64,000 nt of DNA from an uncultured Verrucomicrobiae bacterium. Lineage in GTDB: Bacteria; Verrucomicrobiota; Verrucomicrobiia; Chthoniobacterales; Chthoniobacteraceae. A program made the translations under genes and the position numbers. The DNA is taken from NCBI GenBank assembly GCA_963769025.1, contig CAVYKI010000003.1:1280001-1344000 (forward strand). Reading direction: 5' to 3'. This document shows, in pieces, positions 20,027 through 30,160 of this stretch. The notes under the pieces were generated by a model. The model was not told the DNA's origin. It saw only the letters and a program-made list of their open reading frames with translations, and did not search any database. How positions within the stretch are numbered: position 1 is the first letter of the stretch; the number at the start of each line of letters is the position of its first letter.

Positions 20027-21323
20027 TCACTCCTCGCGCAGCGCTTTCACGGGGTCGAGCTTGGCGGCGAAGCGGGCGGGGATGTAGGCGGCGAGGACGC
20101 AGATGACCATGGCGGAGGTGCAGATGACCACGACGTCCTTTGCCGTGATGGCGGAGGGGATGCCGCTGAGCTGGTAGACGGCGGCGGGGAACACGTCTTT
20201 GTGCATCACGCTGATGATGAGCTGGCGCGCTTCGTTGCGCCACGTGAGGATGGCCCACGCCATGAGCAGGCCGAACGCATTTCCAAAAATGCCGACGACG
20301 AAACCTTGGCCGACGAAGATGTTCACGATCTGCGAGGGCGAGGCGCCGAGGGCCTTGATGACGCCGATCTCGCGCTTTTTCTGGACGATGACGGTGATGA
20401 GCGTGTTCGAGATGGAGAACGCGGCGACGACGACGATCATCATGAGGATGAAGGTCATCATCACGCGTTCCTGCACGACGGCGTCGAGGCGCGTGCGGTC
20501 GGCGTCCATCCAGGAGGAGACGGCAAATTCGGGGCCGAGCTTTCCCTGGAGCGCGGCGCGGTGGCGCTCGGCCCAATCGGCGTCCTGCGTGCGGATGGAG
20601 ATGCCGTGGACGGCGCTTTCAAAATCGTAGATCTCCTGTGCGACGGAGAGCGCGGTGACGACCATGCCGGAGTCGAACTGATAAACGCCGCTCTCGAAAA
20701 GCCCGACAACCTCGAGCTCGACGGGGCGGACGAGGGCCTTGATGTCGCCGAGCGTTTTTGCGTTCGGGTCCTTTTCTTCGAGGCGCTTGAGTTCCTCGGC
20801 GACCTTGGTGAGGTTGCCGGGACCGTGGAGCATGACTTTGCCCCCGACCGCGACGCCGAGCGAACGGGCGAGTTCGCGGCCCATGATGCACTTTTCGCTG
20901 TCCAGTTCGTAGCGCCCTCCGGGCTGGATGAAGGCGCGCATGTCCACGAGCTTGAGTTCGCCATTCGGCTGGATGCCGCGGAGGGACGCGCCGACGAAGC
21001 TGTTGTCGAACTCGAGGAGGATCGGCCCCATGATATAAGGCGAGACGCCGAGGAAATTCGGGATTCTCCTTTTCCAGCCGCTCCTGCAGCGCCTCCCAGT
21101 CGTCGATCGGCCCGATGGCGCTGCTCACGCGCAGATGCGGCTCAAAGCCGATGAGCCGCTGGCGCAATTCGCGGTCGAACCCGGACATCACCGCGATGAC
21201 GACGATGAGGCACATGATGCCGAGCGCCACGCCGAGCACCGAGAGCACGGTGATGACGGAGACGAAGGTGCGCTTCGGCTTCAGGTAGCGCACTGCGAGG
21301 AAAAGGCTGAAAGGCAGCTTCAC
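20027..21323 (-). CDS. Lipoprotein-releasing ABC transporter permease, LolC/LolE family (frameshift near 21040)
   Basis: FLAVRYLKPKRTFVSVITVLSVLGVALG, VIAVMSGF, QKKREIGVIKALGAS, YIPARFAAKLDPVKALR. Confidence 0.9.
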
Positions 21324-21446
21324 TTTGGAAAGAGCGGGCGCGGACGGTGGGGGAACCGGCGCATGACGTCAATCGCAGTCAACCGCGGAAAAATTCACGA
21401 AAATTGGGTTTGACATGCCGTTGCGCTCCGATTTTCTTTCCGATAC

Positions 21447-22050
21447 ATGAAGAAGATCCTTTCCCTCCTGATGTGTTTCGTGTTCCTCCAAGCGGAAACG
21501 TTCGCCCTGCGCGGCGGGCCTGGCGGCGCCGGCGCGCAAGTTTGCGGTGCATATTCCGGGGTGCATGATTGAGACTTCAGGGGGTATCGGACATCGGATT
21601 GTTCCTGCTCAAGCGATGAAAATGGAGCATCGCATGGCCAGGTCGATTTTCTTCGTGCCATCACCACCGGCACTGCGATCCACGGTGCATTCAGTATGAC
21701 TCTGACACGTATTTGGGAAACATTACAGGCATCGTGACACCTCCGCGGCGGAGCGAAAGTTTTATCGGGTATTCAGTCTGGAAGCGCCACTACCGGTCAC
21801 GCATCGGCACGTTCCGTATCGGGCCAACTCAATGTTACAGCGATGCAGGCAGCATGAACTCGCGACTTCCCCAGGACCGTCACGGGCACGGCTATCTTCG
21901 AGGACGGTGTCGGTGGCACTCGGACCGCCAAGTTTGCACCGATGCGAGGTGCCTTCGGTGACTCATTCCGAATGGCTGGCATGACATCCTCCTGAGTGAC
22001 CGTTGGCGGGGCTTTGGGCAGCTCACTGTCAAAGGCGTAGGCAGTCCTTG
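21447..22050 (+). CDS. Hypothetical secreted protein, heavily frameshifted (end approximate)
   Basis: MKKILSLLMCFVFLQAETFA signal peptide preceded by TTGACA at 21410-21415; reading frame breaks repeatedly after ~21540. Confidence 0.45.
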
Positions 22051-22124
22051 TTTCTCTGCCTCCGTCGCCCGGGCGGCAAGGGTTCCACTGAGGGTCGAGA
22101 AGCACCTTAGATCGGTCACTGCCT

Positions 22125-22670
22125 ATGGCGGTCTTACGCGAGCGGCGAGAGGGATGACGCTCTTGGAGATTGCAGTGGTGGTGGTCGATCATCGCGCATC
22201 CTCGCGTCCATGCTGCTTCCGCTCTTGAGGAGTTTCATGCGAGCACGTCGCAGATGAGGCAAAGTGCCTCGCGAATCTGCGAACCCTCTACGTCGGAGCC
22301 AGCGGGCTATCTTCAGGCAAACGGCTCGTGGCCCCAAATCCCGAACGAGCTCATCGTCTCTGAGCCAAAGACGTATGCCCGATCCTGGGTCACGGCGCTG
22401 CTGCCGTATGGGCGTGCCCACATGCCACGTGGATTTGTCCCACCTTGCAGCGCTCGTTCGGTCTTCCAGCTCGGAGCATTGAGAAGGATGAAAACTACCG
22501 GATCGACTACATCGGCGTCTCCTTCGACGACAAGCCGTCCAGCCCCTATCCGGAAAACCGTATCCGTGGTTTATCGAGAAGGCGGGCTTCCACGGCCGCG
22601 GCAATCTGCTTATCCTTTCCAACGGCACGACGACGTCCCTGTTGGATTTGACCGGCAGGACGCTGATCAA
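22125..22670 (+). CDS. Prepilin-type N-terminal cleavage/methylation domain protein (pseudopilin), frameshifted; end approximate
   Basis: G-MTLLEIAVVV..IIAILASML class III signal; ADEAKCLANLRTLYVGASGYLQANGSWPQ; WICP; GFHGRGNLLILSNG C-terminal motif. Confidence 0.7.
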
Positions 22671-22762
22671 AGTGAGCGCTCCTCCAAACTCGGCATGCCG
22701 GCGAACTTGCAGGACGCTGTTAGCGGACTGCCTCCGTTGCGCTGGCCAGCGCCGGCGACGGC

Positions 22763-23712
22763 ATGAAAATCCTCGTAACGGGCGGAGCCGGCTTCATTGG
22801 CTCGCACTTTGTCGAGAGGAGCCTCGCGCTCGGCCATGCGGTCGAGGTGATGGATGACTTCAATGACTTCTACGCCCCGGCGATCAAGCGGGCGAATGTC
22901 GCGGGCTTTGCGGCAGCAGGTGCCGGTCCACGAGCTGGACATCCGCGATGGCGATGCCGTGCTCCGCGTCGTCAAAGCGGGCGGGTTTGACTGCATCGCG
23001 CACCTCGCGGCGCGTGCCGGCGTGCGGCCATCCATCCGCGACCCGAAGCTGTATCTCGACACCAATATCACCGGCACCTTCAACCTTCTCGAGGCTGCGC
23101 GGCAGGGAAATGTGCCGCGCTTTGTCTCCGCGAGCAGCTCGAGCGTGTACGGAGTGCTGAAGACGCTGCCTTTCCGCGAGGATCTCGCGCTGAATCAAAC
23201 CATCTCGCCCTACGCCGCCACGAAGCTCGCCGCGGAGCAGCTCTGCTCGAATTACTCGCACCTCCACGGAATCCGCACGGTGAGCCTCCGCTTTTTCACC
23301 GTGTACGGCCCAGGCAGACGGCCCGGATCTCGCGATCCACTCGTTCACGCGGGCGATTCTCGAAGGAAGGCCGATCGCGCAGTTCGGCGACGGCTCGACG
23401 CGGCGCGACTACACCTACATCGACGACATCGTCGACGGAATGGTCGCGAGCCTGAGCTACGAAGGGCAGCAGTGCGACGTCTTCAACCTCGGCGAAAACC
23501 AGACGACGACGCTCAGCGAGCTCATTGCGCTGATCGAAAAGGCCGTCGGGAAGAAGGCGATCATCGAGCGAAAGCCCGAGCAGCCCGGCGATGTGCCGGT
23601 GACCTTTGCGGACATCACCAAAGCGCGCGCCGGGCTGGGCTACGACCCGCGGACGAAGATCGCGGAGGGCATTCCGAGATTTGTCGAGTGGTTCCTGCGC
23701 ACGCAGGTGTAG
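22763..23712 (+). CDS. NAD-dependent nucleotide-sugar epimerase (UDP-glucuronate 4-epimerase-like); frameshifts near 22910 and 23320
   Basis: [62 protein letters not shown]. Confidence 0.9.
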
Positions 23713-23780
23713 GACGCGCGCTGCGTAAGGGCGGCACGGCGCTTCCATTTTCGCGGTGAACGTCTATTCACCTCGGAAGC

Positions 23781-24899
23781 ATGGCGACACCGCAGACAGC
23801 CGTTGAACTTCTTCAGGAGCTGATCCGCATCCCGAGCGTCAACCCCGAGGGCGACCCGGGGACGGAGCACACCGGTGAGCAGGCAATCGCCGAATGGCTC
23901 GCCGACTGGCTGCGGCAGGAATTTCCCGCAGCGCGGGTGGAACTGCGCGACGTGCTGCCGGGCCGACCGAACGTCGTCGCACGCTTCGCGGACAGTGCTG
24001 GAACGAAACCCCGGCTGCTCTTTGCGCCGCACACGGACACGGTGAGCGTCGGCGGCATGACCATCGAGCCCTTCGGCGGGGAAGTGCGCGACGGGCGCGT
24101 GTGGGGCCGCGGCGCGAGCGACACAAAGGGCACGATGGCCACGATGCTCTGGGCGCTGCGCTCGATGCGCGAACGGCTGCCGTCCCTCGGCCACGAAGTG
24201 TGGTTTGCGGGATTGTGCAGCGAAGAGGCCGGGCAATACGGGGCGCGCACGCTGGCGGAGCAGGAACGGTTCGACTTTATCGTCGCGGGCGAGCCGACCG
24301 GGCTCGACGCCGTCGTCGCGCACAAGGGCGCGCTCTGGCTCACGCTCAGGACCCGCGGCCGAGCGGTGCATGCTGCCGAGCCGGAGCGCGGTGAAAATGC
24401 GATCTACAAGATGGCGAACGTCCTGCGTTGTATCCGCGACGACCTGCCTGCGGTGCTCGGCACCGCCGAACACCCGCTGCTCGGCCGCACCACGGTCAGC
24501 GCCGGCACGGTGAACGGCGGGAGCAAAATCAACATCGTGCCCGATTCATGCACCGCCGAGGTGGACATCCGCTACCTGCCGGGCGACGAGACGATCCTGC
24601 AGAGGGTCAGCGCCAGACTTCGCGAGATTTGTCCGGATCTCGAAATCGAAAGCACCAGTTCGCGCCCGATGCTCACGGACGCATCGCACCCGGTGATTCA
24701 GCTTCTGCAAAAATGCGGCTCGGCGTGCATCGGCTCGCCGTGGTTCAGCGATGGAGGCGTTTTTGCCGCCGCGGGAATGGCCGCGATCGCGCTGGGCCCC
24801 GGATCGATCGCGCAGGCTCACACCCGCGACGAGTGGATTGCAGTCGAGGACCTGGAAAAAGGCGTCGCGTTCCTCAGCGACTTCATCTCGCGGCTCTAG
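23781..24899 (+). CDS. M20 family metallo-hydrolase (ArgE/DapE-like)
   Basis: PHTDTV, GRGASDTKG, SEE, GEPT, GRAVH, GPGSIAQAHTRDE. Confidence 0.9.
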   Translation: MATPQTAVELLQELIRIPSVNPEGDPGTEHTGEQAIAEWLADWLRQEFPAARVELRDVLPGRPNVVARFADSAGTKPRLLFAPHTDTVSVGGMTIEPFGGEVRDGRVWGRGASDTKGTMATMLWALRSMRERLPSLGHEVWFAGLCSEEAGQYGARTLAEQERFDFIVAGEPTGLDAVVAHKGALWLTLRTRGRAVHAAEPERGENAIYKMANVLRCIRDDLPAVLGTAEHPLLGRTTVSAGTVNGGSKINIVPDSCTAEVDIRYLPGDETILQRVSARLREICPDLEIESTSSRPMLTDASHPVIQLLQKCGSACIGSPWFSDGGVFAAAGMAAIALGPGSIAQAHTRDEWIAVEDLEKGVAFLSDFISRL

Positions 24900-24914
24900 G
24901 TGCCGCAGCGTGGG

Positions 24915-25265
24915 CTACTTGGCCTTTTTCGCGGCCTTCGCTTTTGCGGCCGGCTTTTTCTTGTCGTCAGCGGGCTTGCGGATGTTCTCTGCCTTGGCCT
25001 GCGCGCCGACTTCGCTGAAGACCACATGGACGGTGTCGCCCACCTTGAAATCGGCCAGCTTTTTCGCCGCGCGCTGTCCGAAGACCGTGCCGGGATAGAT
25101 CGCGAAAATGCGCGTTCCCTTCGGCCCCTGCACCGTGACGCTGGTATCGCTGATTGCGGTCACCGAGCCTTCAAAGTCGGTGTTCTTCTTCATCGGCGCA
25201 GCGGGCGACGAAGCGGTGCATGCGAGGAAAAGGACGGCGGCGAGGAACTGGAGAGGACGGGTCAT
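24915..25265 (-). CDS. Small secreted OB-fold-like hypothetical protein with Lys/Ala-rich tail
   Basis: Signal peptide; FEGSVTAISDTSVTV...LADFKVGDTVHV. Confidence 0.65.
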   Translation of the reverse strand: MTRPLQFLAAVLFLACTASSPAAPMKKNTDFEGSVTAISDTSVTVQGPKGTRIFAIYPGTVFGQRAAKKLADFKVGDTVHVVFSEVGAQAKAENIRKPADDKKKPAAKAKAAKKAK

Positions 25266-25316
25266 GCGGCGGATTCGTGTCAGGACTGCACGCGCGCGGC
25301 AAGCCAAACGCCGGAC

Positions 25317-26372
25317 CTACAGCTTCCGGTCCGCCTGCGCGCTCCGGAGGTGAATGGTCTTGCGGTCCAGATCATGGACGGCCCGGATGTACCGCACAGT
25401 CTTGCTGCGCGAGCGCATGAGGATGCTGTGTGTGATCGCCTTTCTGCCGACGAGCTTCACACCCGGAAGCAGCGTGCTGTCGCTGATCCCGGTCGCGCAG
25501 AACAAACAGCTGTCGCCCCAGACCAATTCCTTGCAGTGGTAAACGCGGCTCGTATCGGCCTCGCCGACGGCAGCGATCACCTCGGCGCGTTCAGCCTCGT
25601 CACGCGGGTGCATGCGGAGCAGCATTTCGCCACCAAGGGCGTTCAGCGCCGCGGCGGTGAGGATGCCTTCGGGCGATCCACCGATGCCGTAGTAGAGATC
25701 CACGTCACTGTCTGCGAGCGACGGGGAAACGGCCGCGGTGATGTCACCATCCGAGATCAGCCGGAGCGCCGCGCCGGCCTTGCGCACGGAGGTGATGAAG
25801 TCGTTGTGCCGATCGCGCTTGAGGGTCATGACGACCAGTTCGCTCACACGTTTCCCGAGCGCCTCGGCCACGCGGCCCAGCGTGAGCGCGATCGGGTCAT
25901 CGAGCAAAATCTGCGGCATCCCGCGCTCGATCGCGCGCACCACGGCCGGGCCGTAGGCGAGCTTTTCCGAGTAGAAGGCGGGCAGATTCCGCATGACGTG
26001 CGGGCTCTCCGCTGTCGCGTGGCTCGCGGCCATCACGGAGATGCTGTTTGGCAGGCCGTAGGCGATGTTCGTCGTGCCGTCGATCGGGTCGAGTGCGATC
26101 TCGAAGCGCGGTGAGCCGGGCCGCCATGTGCCGAGGTGGTCGCCGAGAAAGATGCCGGGCGCATTGTCCTTCTGCCCTTCGCCGATCACGACTTCGCCGC
26201 AGATGTCCACGAGGTCGAATACGCCGTAGATCGCATCGCACGCCGCGCCATCCGCCTTTTCCTTTTCGCCCCGCCCCAGCCACGAAACGGAATTCAGCGC
26301 GGCATTTTCCGTTGCGCGCACAAACTCGAATTCAATCGTCCGCTCCGGGTCCGTGGCAGTCAGGGAATTCAT
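25317..26372 (-). CDS. glpX: Fructose-1,6-bisphosphatase class II
   Basis: VRATENAA, VVIGEG, ALDPIDGT, LISDGDI, GIGGSPEG, ATGISD. Confidence 0.92.
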   Translation of the reverse strand: MNSLTATDPERTIEFEFVRATENAALNSVSWLGRGEKEKADGAACDAIYGVFDLVDICGEVVIGEGQKDNAPGIFLGDHLGTWRPGSPRFEIALDPIDGTTNIAYGLPNSISVMAASHATAESPHVMRNLPAFYSEKLAYGPAVVRAIERGMPQILLDDPIALTLGRVAEALGKRVSELVVMTLKRDRHNDFITSVRKAGAALRLISDGDITAAVSPSLADSDVDLYYGIGGSPEGILTAAALNALGGEMLLRMHPRDEAERAEVIAAVGEADTSRVYHCKELVWGDSCLFCATGISDSTLLPGVKLVGRKAITHSILMRSRSKTVRYIRAVHDLDRKTIHLRSAQADRKL

Positions 26373-26427
26373 CCGGGTGCCATCCCATCGCAGAACCCGA
26401 CGGCGGTCAATCCCGCGGGCAACTCCC

Positions 26428-26469
26428 GGAAACGGAACCGCCCCACCAGCCTTGCGACCGGTGGGGCGG
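26428..26469 (-). terminator. Probable terminator downstream of the sigma-factor gene
   Basis: Stem ccgccccacc (26438-26447) / ggtggggcgg (26460-26469), followed on the minus strand by ttccgtttcc. Confidence 0.55.
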
Positions 26470-26492
26470 AGAGTGTTTCGCTCTGAGTAGCC

Positions 26493-27386
26493 TCAGTTGT
26501 TCGCCGCGATTGCCGCGATGTCTTCCGCGTCGAGGCTCGACGAGAGCAGGTGCTCGATCGGGTGCTCACGCTTCCGGAGCGCGCGGCGCAGCTTCGCAAG
26601 GGCGATGTTCTGCAGCTGGCGGATGCGCTCGCGCGTCACGCCAAATTTCTGGCCGACTTCCTCGAGCGTGCGGGCCTTGCCGCCGTCGAGTCCAAAGCGC
26701 GAGTTGATGATCTTGCGCTCCCGGGCGTCGAGGACGCCGAGCAAGTCGGTCACCTCCTCCTGGAGGTTCTTGTCCGCGAGATTTTCCGCCGGGTCCACGG
26801 CCGTGTCATCGCCGACGAGTTCGCCGAATTCCGTCCCGTCGTCGTCATTGATGGGCGCATCGAGCGAAGCCGGGCGGATGCTCACCGTGCGGAGTTGCGA
26901 GAGCTTTGCGGCGGAAATGCCGACTTCCTCGGCGAGTTCGTCATCGGTGGGTTCGCGACCGAGCTCTTCGCTCATCGCCATCGCGAGGCGCTTCACCTTC
27001 GCGATCTTGTCCACAAGGTGGACGGGCAGGCGGATGGTCTTGGACTGGTTCGCCAAGGCGCGCTTGATGGACTGCTTGATCCACCAGGCGGCGTACGTGG
27101 AGAGCTTGCCACCCTTGGCGGGGTCGAAACGCTCGACGGCCTTCATGAGGCCGATGTTGCCCTCGGAAACGAGGTCCAGCAGCGGGAGGCCGAGATTGCC
27201 GTAGTCATGGGCGATCTTTACGACCAGCCGCAGATTCGCCTTGATCATCTTGGCACGGGCCTTCATGTCGCCGCGCTTGATCTTGGCGGCAAGTTCGATC
27301 TCCTCCTGCGGGGTCAGGAGCGGCGTCTGGCCGATCTCCCGGAGGTAGATTTTGAATCCTGAATCTGAATCGTCGTATTTGGACAT
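26493..27386 (-). CDS. RpoD/SigA-family sigma factor lacking region 1.1 (group 2-like)
   Basis: [53 protein letters not shown]...VTRERIRQ. Confidence 0.93.
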   Translation of the reverse strand: MSKYDDSDSGFKIYLREIGQTPLLTPQEEIELAAKIKRGDMKARAKMIKANLRLVVKIAHDYGNLGLPLLDLVSEGNIGLMKAVERFDPAKGGKLSTYAAWWIKQSIKRALANQSKTIRLPVHLVDKIAKVKRLAMAMSEELGREPTDDELAEEVGISAAKLSQLRTVSIRPASLDAPINDDDGTEFGELVGDDTAVDPAENLADKNLQEEVTDLLGVLDARERKIINSRFGLDGGKARTLEEVGQKFGVTRERIRQLQNIALAKLRRALRKREHPIEHLLSSSLDAEDIAAIAANN

Positions 27387-27630
27387 GATGTTGGCCTCTC
27401 TGTTATTGCAATTATAAGCACCTATCGTGCGGTTTGAAAATCGGCGCTCTGGATAAGGGTGGGTTCAAATGCTATTCGTGTAACTGCATTGTATGGACGC
27501 ATTCTACGGAAAATTGTTCAAATGATTCAAGGATTTATTTATCAGACGTGGTGAGTAGTTAACCCAATGAACAAACCTTGCTTTGAATCCATCTGACGTA
27601 AAACGCATCCACATCATTCAAAATTGATTG
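27387..27630 (-). promoter_or_regulatory. AT-rich upstream control region of the sigma gene
   Basis: Minus-strand TATAAT at 27411-27416 with TTCAAA 16 nt upstream; SD-like agagagg; repeated GTTCAAATG at 27463 and 27516. Confidence 0.55.
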
Positions 27631-27758
27631 CGGGTCGTGCGGCTCCTCATCTCTGGAAAGGGGCACCTTTGGACGCGAAAACCTCCGTGTACCCGTCTCA
27701 TCCCGGACAGTCTGGCCGGGTTCCCGTCATCGACCCCGACGCGTCTGACCTTTGAGGT

Positions 27759-28001
27759 TCACGGTTCGATTTCGCGATGCAGGCCGATTTCAAAGACCAT
27801 CACAGAAGGATTCGTGTCGCTGGCCTTTGGCTCCAGATCGAGCGCCCGGTAGGCCGCTTCCAACCTGCGGGCGTCGCCGCGCAACTCCGGAAAGACGGCG
27901 GCAAGGCGCTGCTTCGTCCAATGCCGGGCGAGGCCCCGCTCGACGGGATGAATCTTCGGTGCGAGGCCCAAGGCGCGCTGAAAGAAGGAATACAGTTGCA
28001 T
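27759..28001 (-). CDS. Small hypothetical protein (80 aa)
   Basis: MQLYSFFQRALGLAPKIHPVERGLARHWTKQRLAAVFPELR...; co-oriented 42 bp after the preceding gene. Confidence 0.6.
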   Translation of the reverse strand: MQLYSFFQRALGLAPKIHPVERGLARHWTKQRLAAVFPELRGDARRLEAAYRALDLEPKASDTNPSVMVFEIGLHREIEP

Positions 28002-28043
28002 GGCAGTTCCGGGTTCAACCGCCGCTGCCCCGGTTTTGTTTGG

Positions 28044-28832
28044 CTAAATCGAGTCCGTCGCCAGCCACGCCCGCAGCCTGGCCGCGAGCGCGATGGCGTT
28101 TGCGCTGGCGAGAATGACCATCGGTTTCAGGGACCGCGATGTGACGCCGGACACGACCTTCTTTTCCCGCATCGCAAAGGCCATCAGCCACGGTCCGACG
28201 AACCACGCCGCCCAATTCATCCAAGGGACGCCGGACGGATTCTTCGCTTCGCCGGAATGCCAGACCCACCAGCCCCGGACGAATCGCCCCGGCCACTCGA
28301 GATTGACCACCGTGAGCAGGACCAGGACTGCGGTGATCATCGCAACCGCGGCATGGCTCGCGCGGGGCCGGATCCGCAGCACCACCTCGCGGGCGCTCAT
28401 CACGAGCACCGCCCAGAGGAGGAGCCAGCCGGCTCCCACACCGAAGAATTTGGGCCCGAGAGCCTCCCCGAAGTAGAGTCGTCCAAACGGCAGGCCGGTT
28501 TTCGCATTCAACAAACTCAGGACCAGCGCACCCCCGGCGGAAAAGGCCAGCCATGCGCGTGCCGTCCGCAGCCCGTGGGCGCGAGTCAGCACGAGGTGGA
28601 GGCTCATCGCTGCGAGGGAAAGCCAGATGAGATCGGCATTGTTCGCCAGCAGCAGCACCGCATCGCGAAGGTCCGCATTCGGGGGAAGAGGCCCGCCTTC
28701 GACAAAACCGAGCGCATACGCCCCGAGCGGTGCGACCCAGACCACCGCGAGCCAGAGGGTCGCGATGAGAAAGACGCCCCACAACACCGCGACGAGGGGT
28801 TCGAGCGAGCGGGAGAGGAGGGAACGCGGCAT
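28044..28832 (-). CDS. CruF/DUF422-like (carotenoid biosynthesis-type) membrane protein
   Basis: Multiple TM helices; TGLPFGRLYFGEALGPKFFGV, GVPWMNWAAWF. Confidence 0.7.
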   Translation of the reverse strand: MPRSLLSRSLEPLVAVLWGVFLIATLWLAVVWVAPLGAYALGFVEGGPLPPNADLRDAVLLLANNADLIWLSLAAMSLHLVLTRAHGLRTARAWLAFSAGGALVLSLLNAKTGLPFGRLYFGEALGPKFFGVGAGWLLLWAVLVMSAREVVLRIRPRASHAAVAMITAVLVLLTVVNLEWPGRFVRGWWVWHSGEAKNPSGVPWMNWAAWFVGPWLMAFAMREKKVVSGVTSRSLKPMVILASANAIALAARLRAWLATDSI

Positions 28833-28912
28833 CCCGCGGACTCTGCCCGCAAGGGAGCCGCTGCGCAAAATGTTAGTTGCGCCTTCCAGCCCAGAGGTTA
28901 AATGGTGGGATA

Positions 28913-30124
28913 ATGACTTTTCAAGAGTTCGGCCTCTCTGAGGCGGTTGTGCGCGGCGTTGAATCAAAGGGCTACAAAAACGCCACACCGATCCAAGAGC
29001 AGGCGATCCCCCTCGTCCTTCAGGGAAAAGACGTCATGGGCTCCGCCCAGACAGGCACCGGCAAAACCGCGGCCTTCGCCCTTCCCATCCTCACGATGCT
29101 CGGCGGCCACGGCGCACTTCGCGCACTCATCTTGGAGCCGACCCGCGAGCTTGCGCAGCAGGTCCACCAGTCCTTCATCGCATACGGCAGCGACACGGGC
29201 ATTCGCACCGTCATCATCCACGGCGGCGTCGGATACGGCAGCCAACGCGAGGCGCTCGCAAATGGCGCGGACGTCATCGTCGCGACTCCGGGCCGGCTTC
29301 TGGATTTCATGGAAGACGGCACCATCAAGCTCGGCGACATCCGCCACCTCGTGCTCGATGAAGTGGACCGCATGCTCGACATGGGCTTCCTCCCCGACGT
29401 CTCGCGCATCATCAAGCAGACGCCGAAGGAGCGGCAGACGCTTTTCTTCTCCGCCACGCTTCCGCCAGAGCTCGAGACGCTCACGAAGTGGATCCTCCGC
29501 GATCCCATCGCCATCGAGATCGGCCGCCGGCAAAGCGCCGCCGACACCATCGCCCACGCACTTTACCCCGTCGCGAAGGACCAGAAAATGGAGCTCCTCC
29601 TCGCCATGCTCGAGGCCACGAATTTTCAGAGCGTCCTCATCTTCACGCAGACGAAGGTCGCCGCCGACATGGTCACCAGGCAGCTCGCAAAAATGAACCA
29701 CAGCGTCGCCGCGATGCACAGCGACCGCAGCCAGGGCGAGCGCACAGAGGCCCTCGCGGGATTCAAGAGCGGCAAATACGAGGTGCTTGTCGCCACCGAC
29801 ATCGCCGCGCGCGGACTCGACATCGCCGGCATCAGCCACGTCATCAATTACGACGTGCCGCTGCACCCCGAGGACTACGTCCACCGCATCGGACGCACCG
29901 GCCGCGCCACGAATACCGGCGACGCGTTCACCATTTTCACCGCGGGGGAAATCGACGCCGTCCGGAAAATCGAGCGCTACATCGGCACGAAGGTGGAGCG
30001 CAAAAAACTCGAAGGCTTCAAATACGTGTACACCGCGCTCTTCGACGAAGCCTCCCTCAAACCCGGTGGCCCCGGCAAAGGCGTCCGCACGCTCACCGGC
30101 TACAGCTTCGGCTGGCGGAAGTAG
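28913..30124 (+). CDS. DEAD-box RNA helicase (RhlE-like)
   Basis: Q-motif ATPIQ, AQTGTGKT, PTRELA, TPGRL, DEVD, SAT, ARGLD, YVHRIGRTGR. Confidence 0.95.
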   Translation: MTFQEFGLSEAVVRGVESKGYKNATPIQEQAIPLVLQGKDVMGSAQTGTGKTAAFALPILTMLGGHGALRALILEPTRELAQQVHQSFIAYGSDTGIRTVIIHGGVGYGSQREALANGADVIVATPGRLLDFMEDGTIKLGDIRHLVLDEVDRMLDMGFLPDVSRIIKQTPKERQTLFFSATLPPELETLTKWILRDPIAIEIGRRQSAADTIAHALYPVAKDQKMELLLAMLEATNFQSVLIFTQTKVAADMVTRQLAKMNHSVAAMHSDRSQGERTEALAGFKSGKYEVLVATDIAARGLDIAGISHVINYDVPLHPEDYVHRIGRTGRATNTGDAFTIFTAGEIDAVRKIERYIGTKVERKKLEGFKYVYTALFDEASLKPGGPGKGVRTLTGYSFGWRK

Positions 30125-30160
30125 GCGCTCCCTCCATCCGGTCCATGCGCGCTCGCCGAA

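Noticed and set aside
28044..28832. Carotenoid biosynthesis cluster
   Set aside because: Only a lone CruF-like membrane gene; no crtB, crtI or cruG nearby
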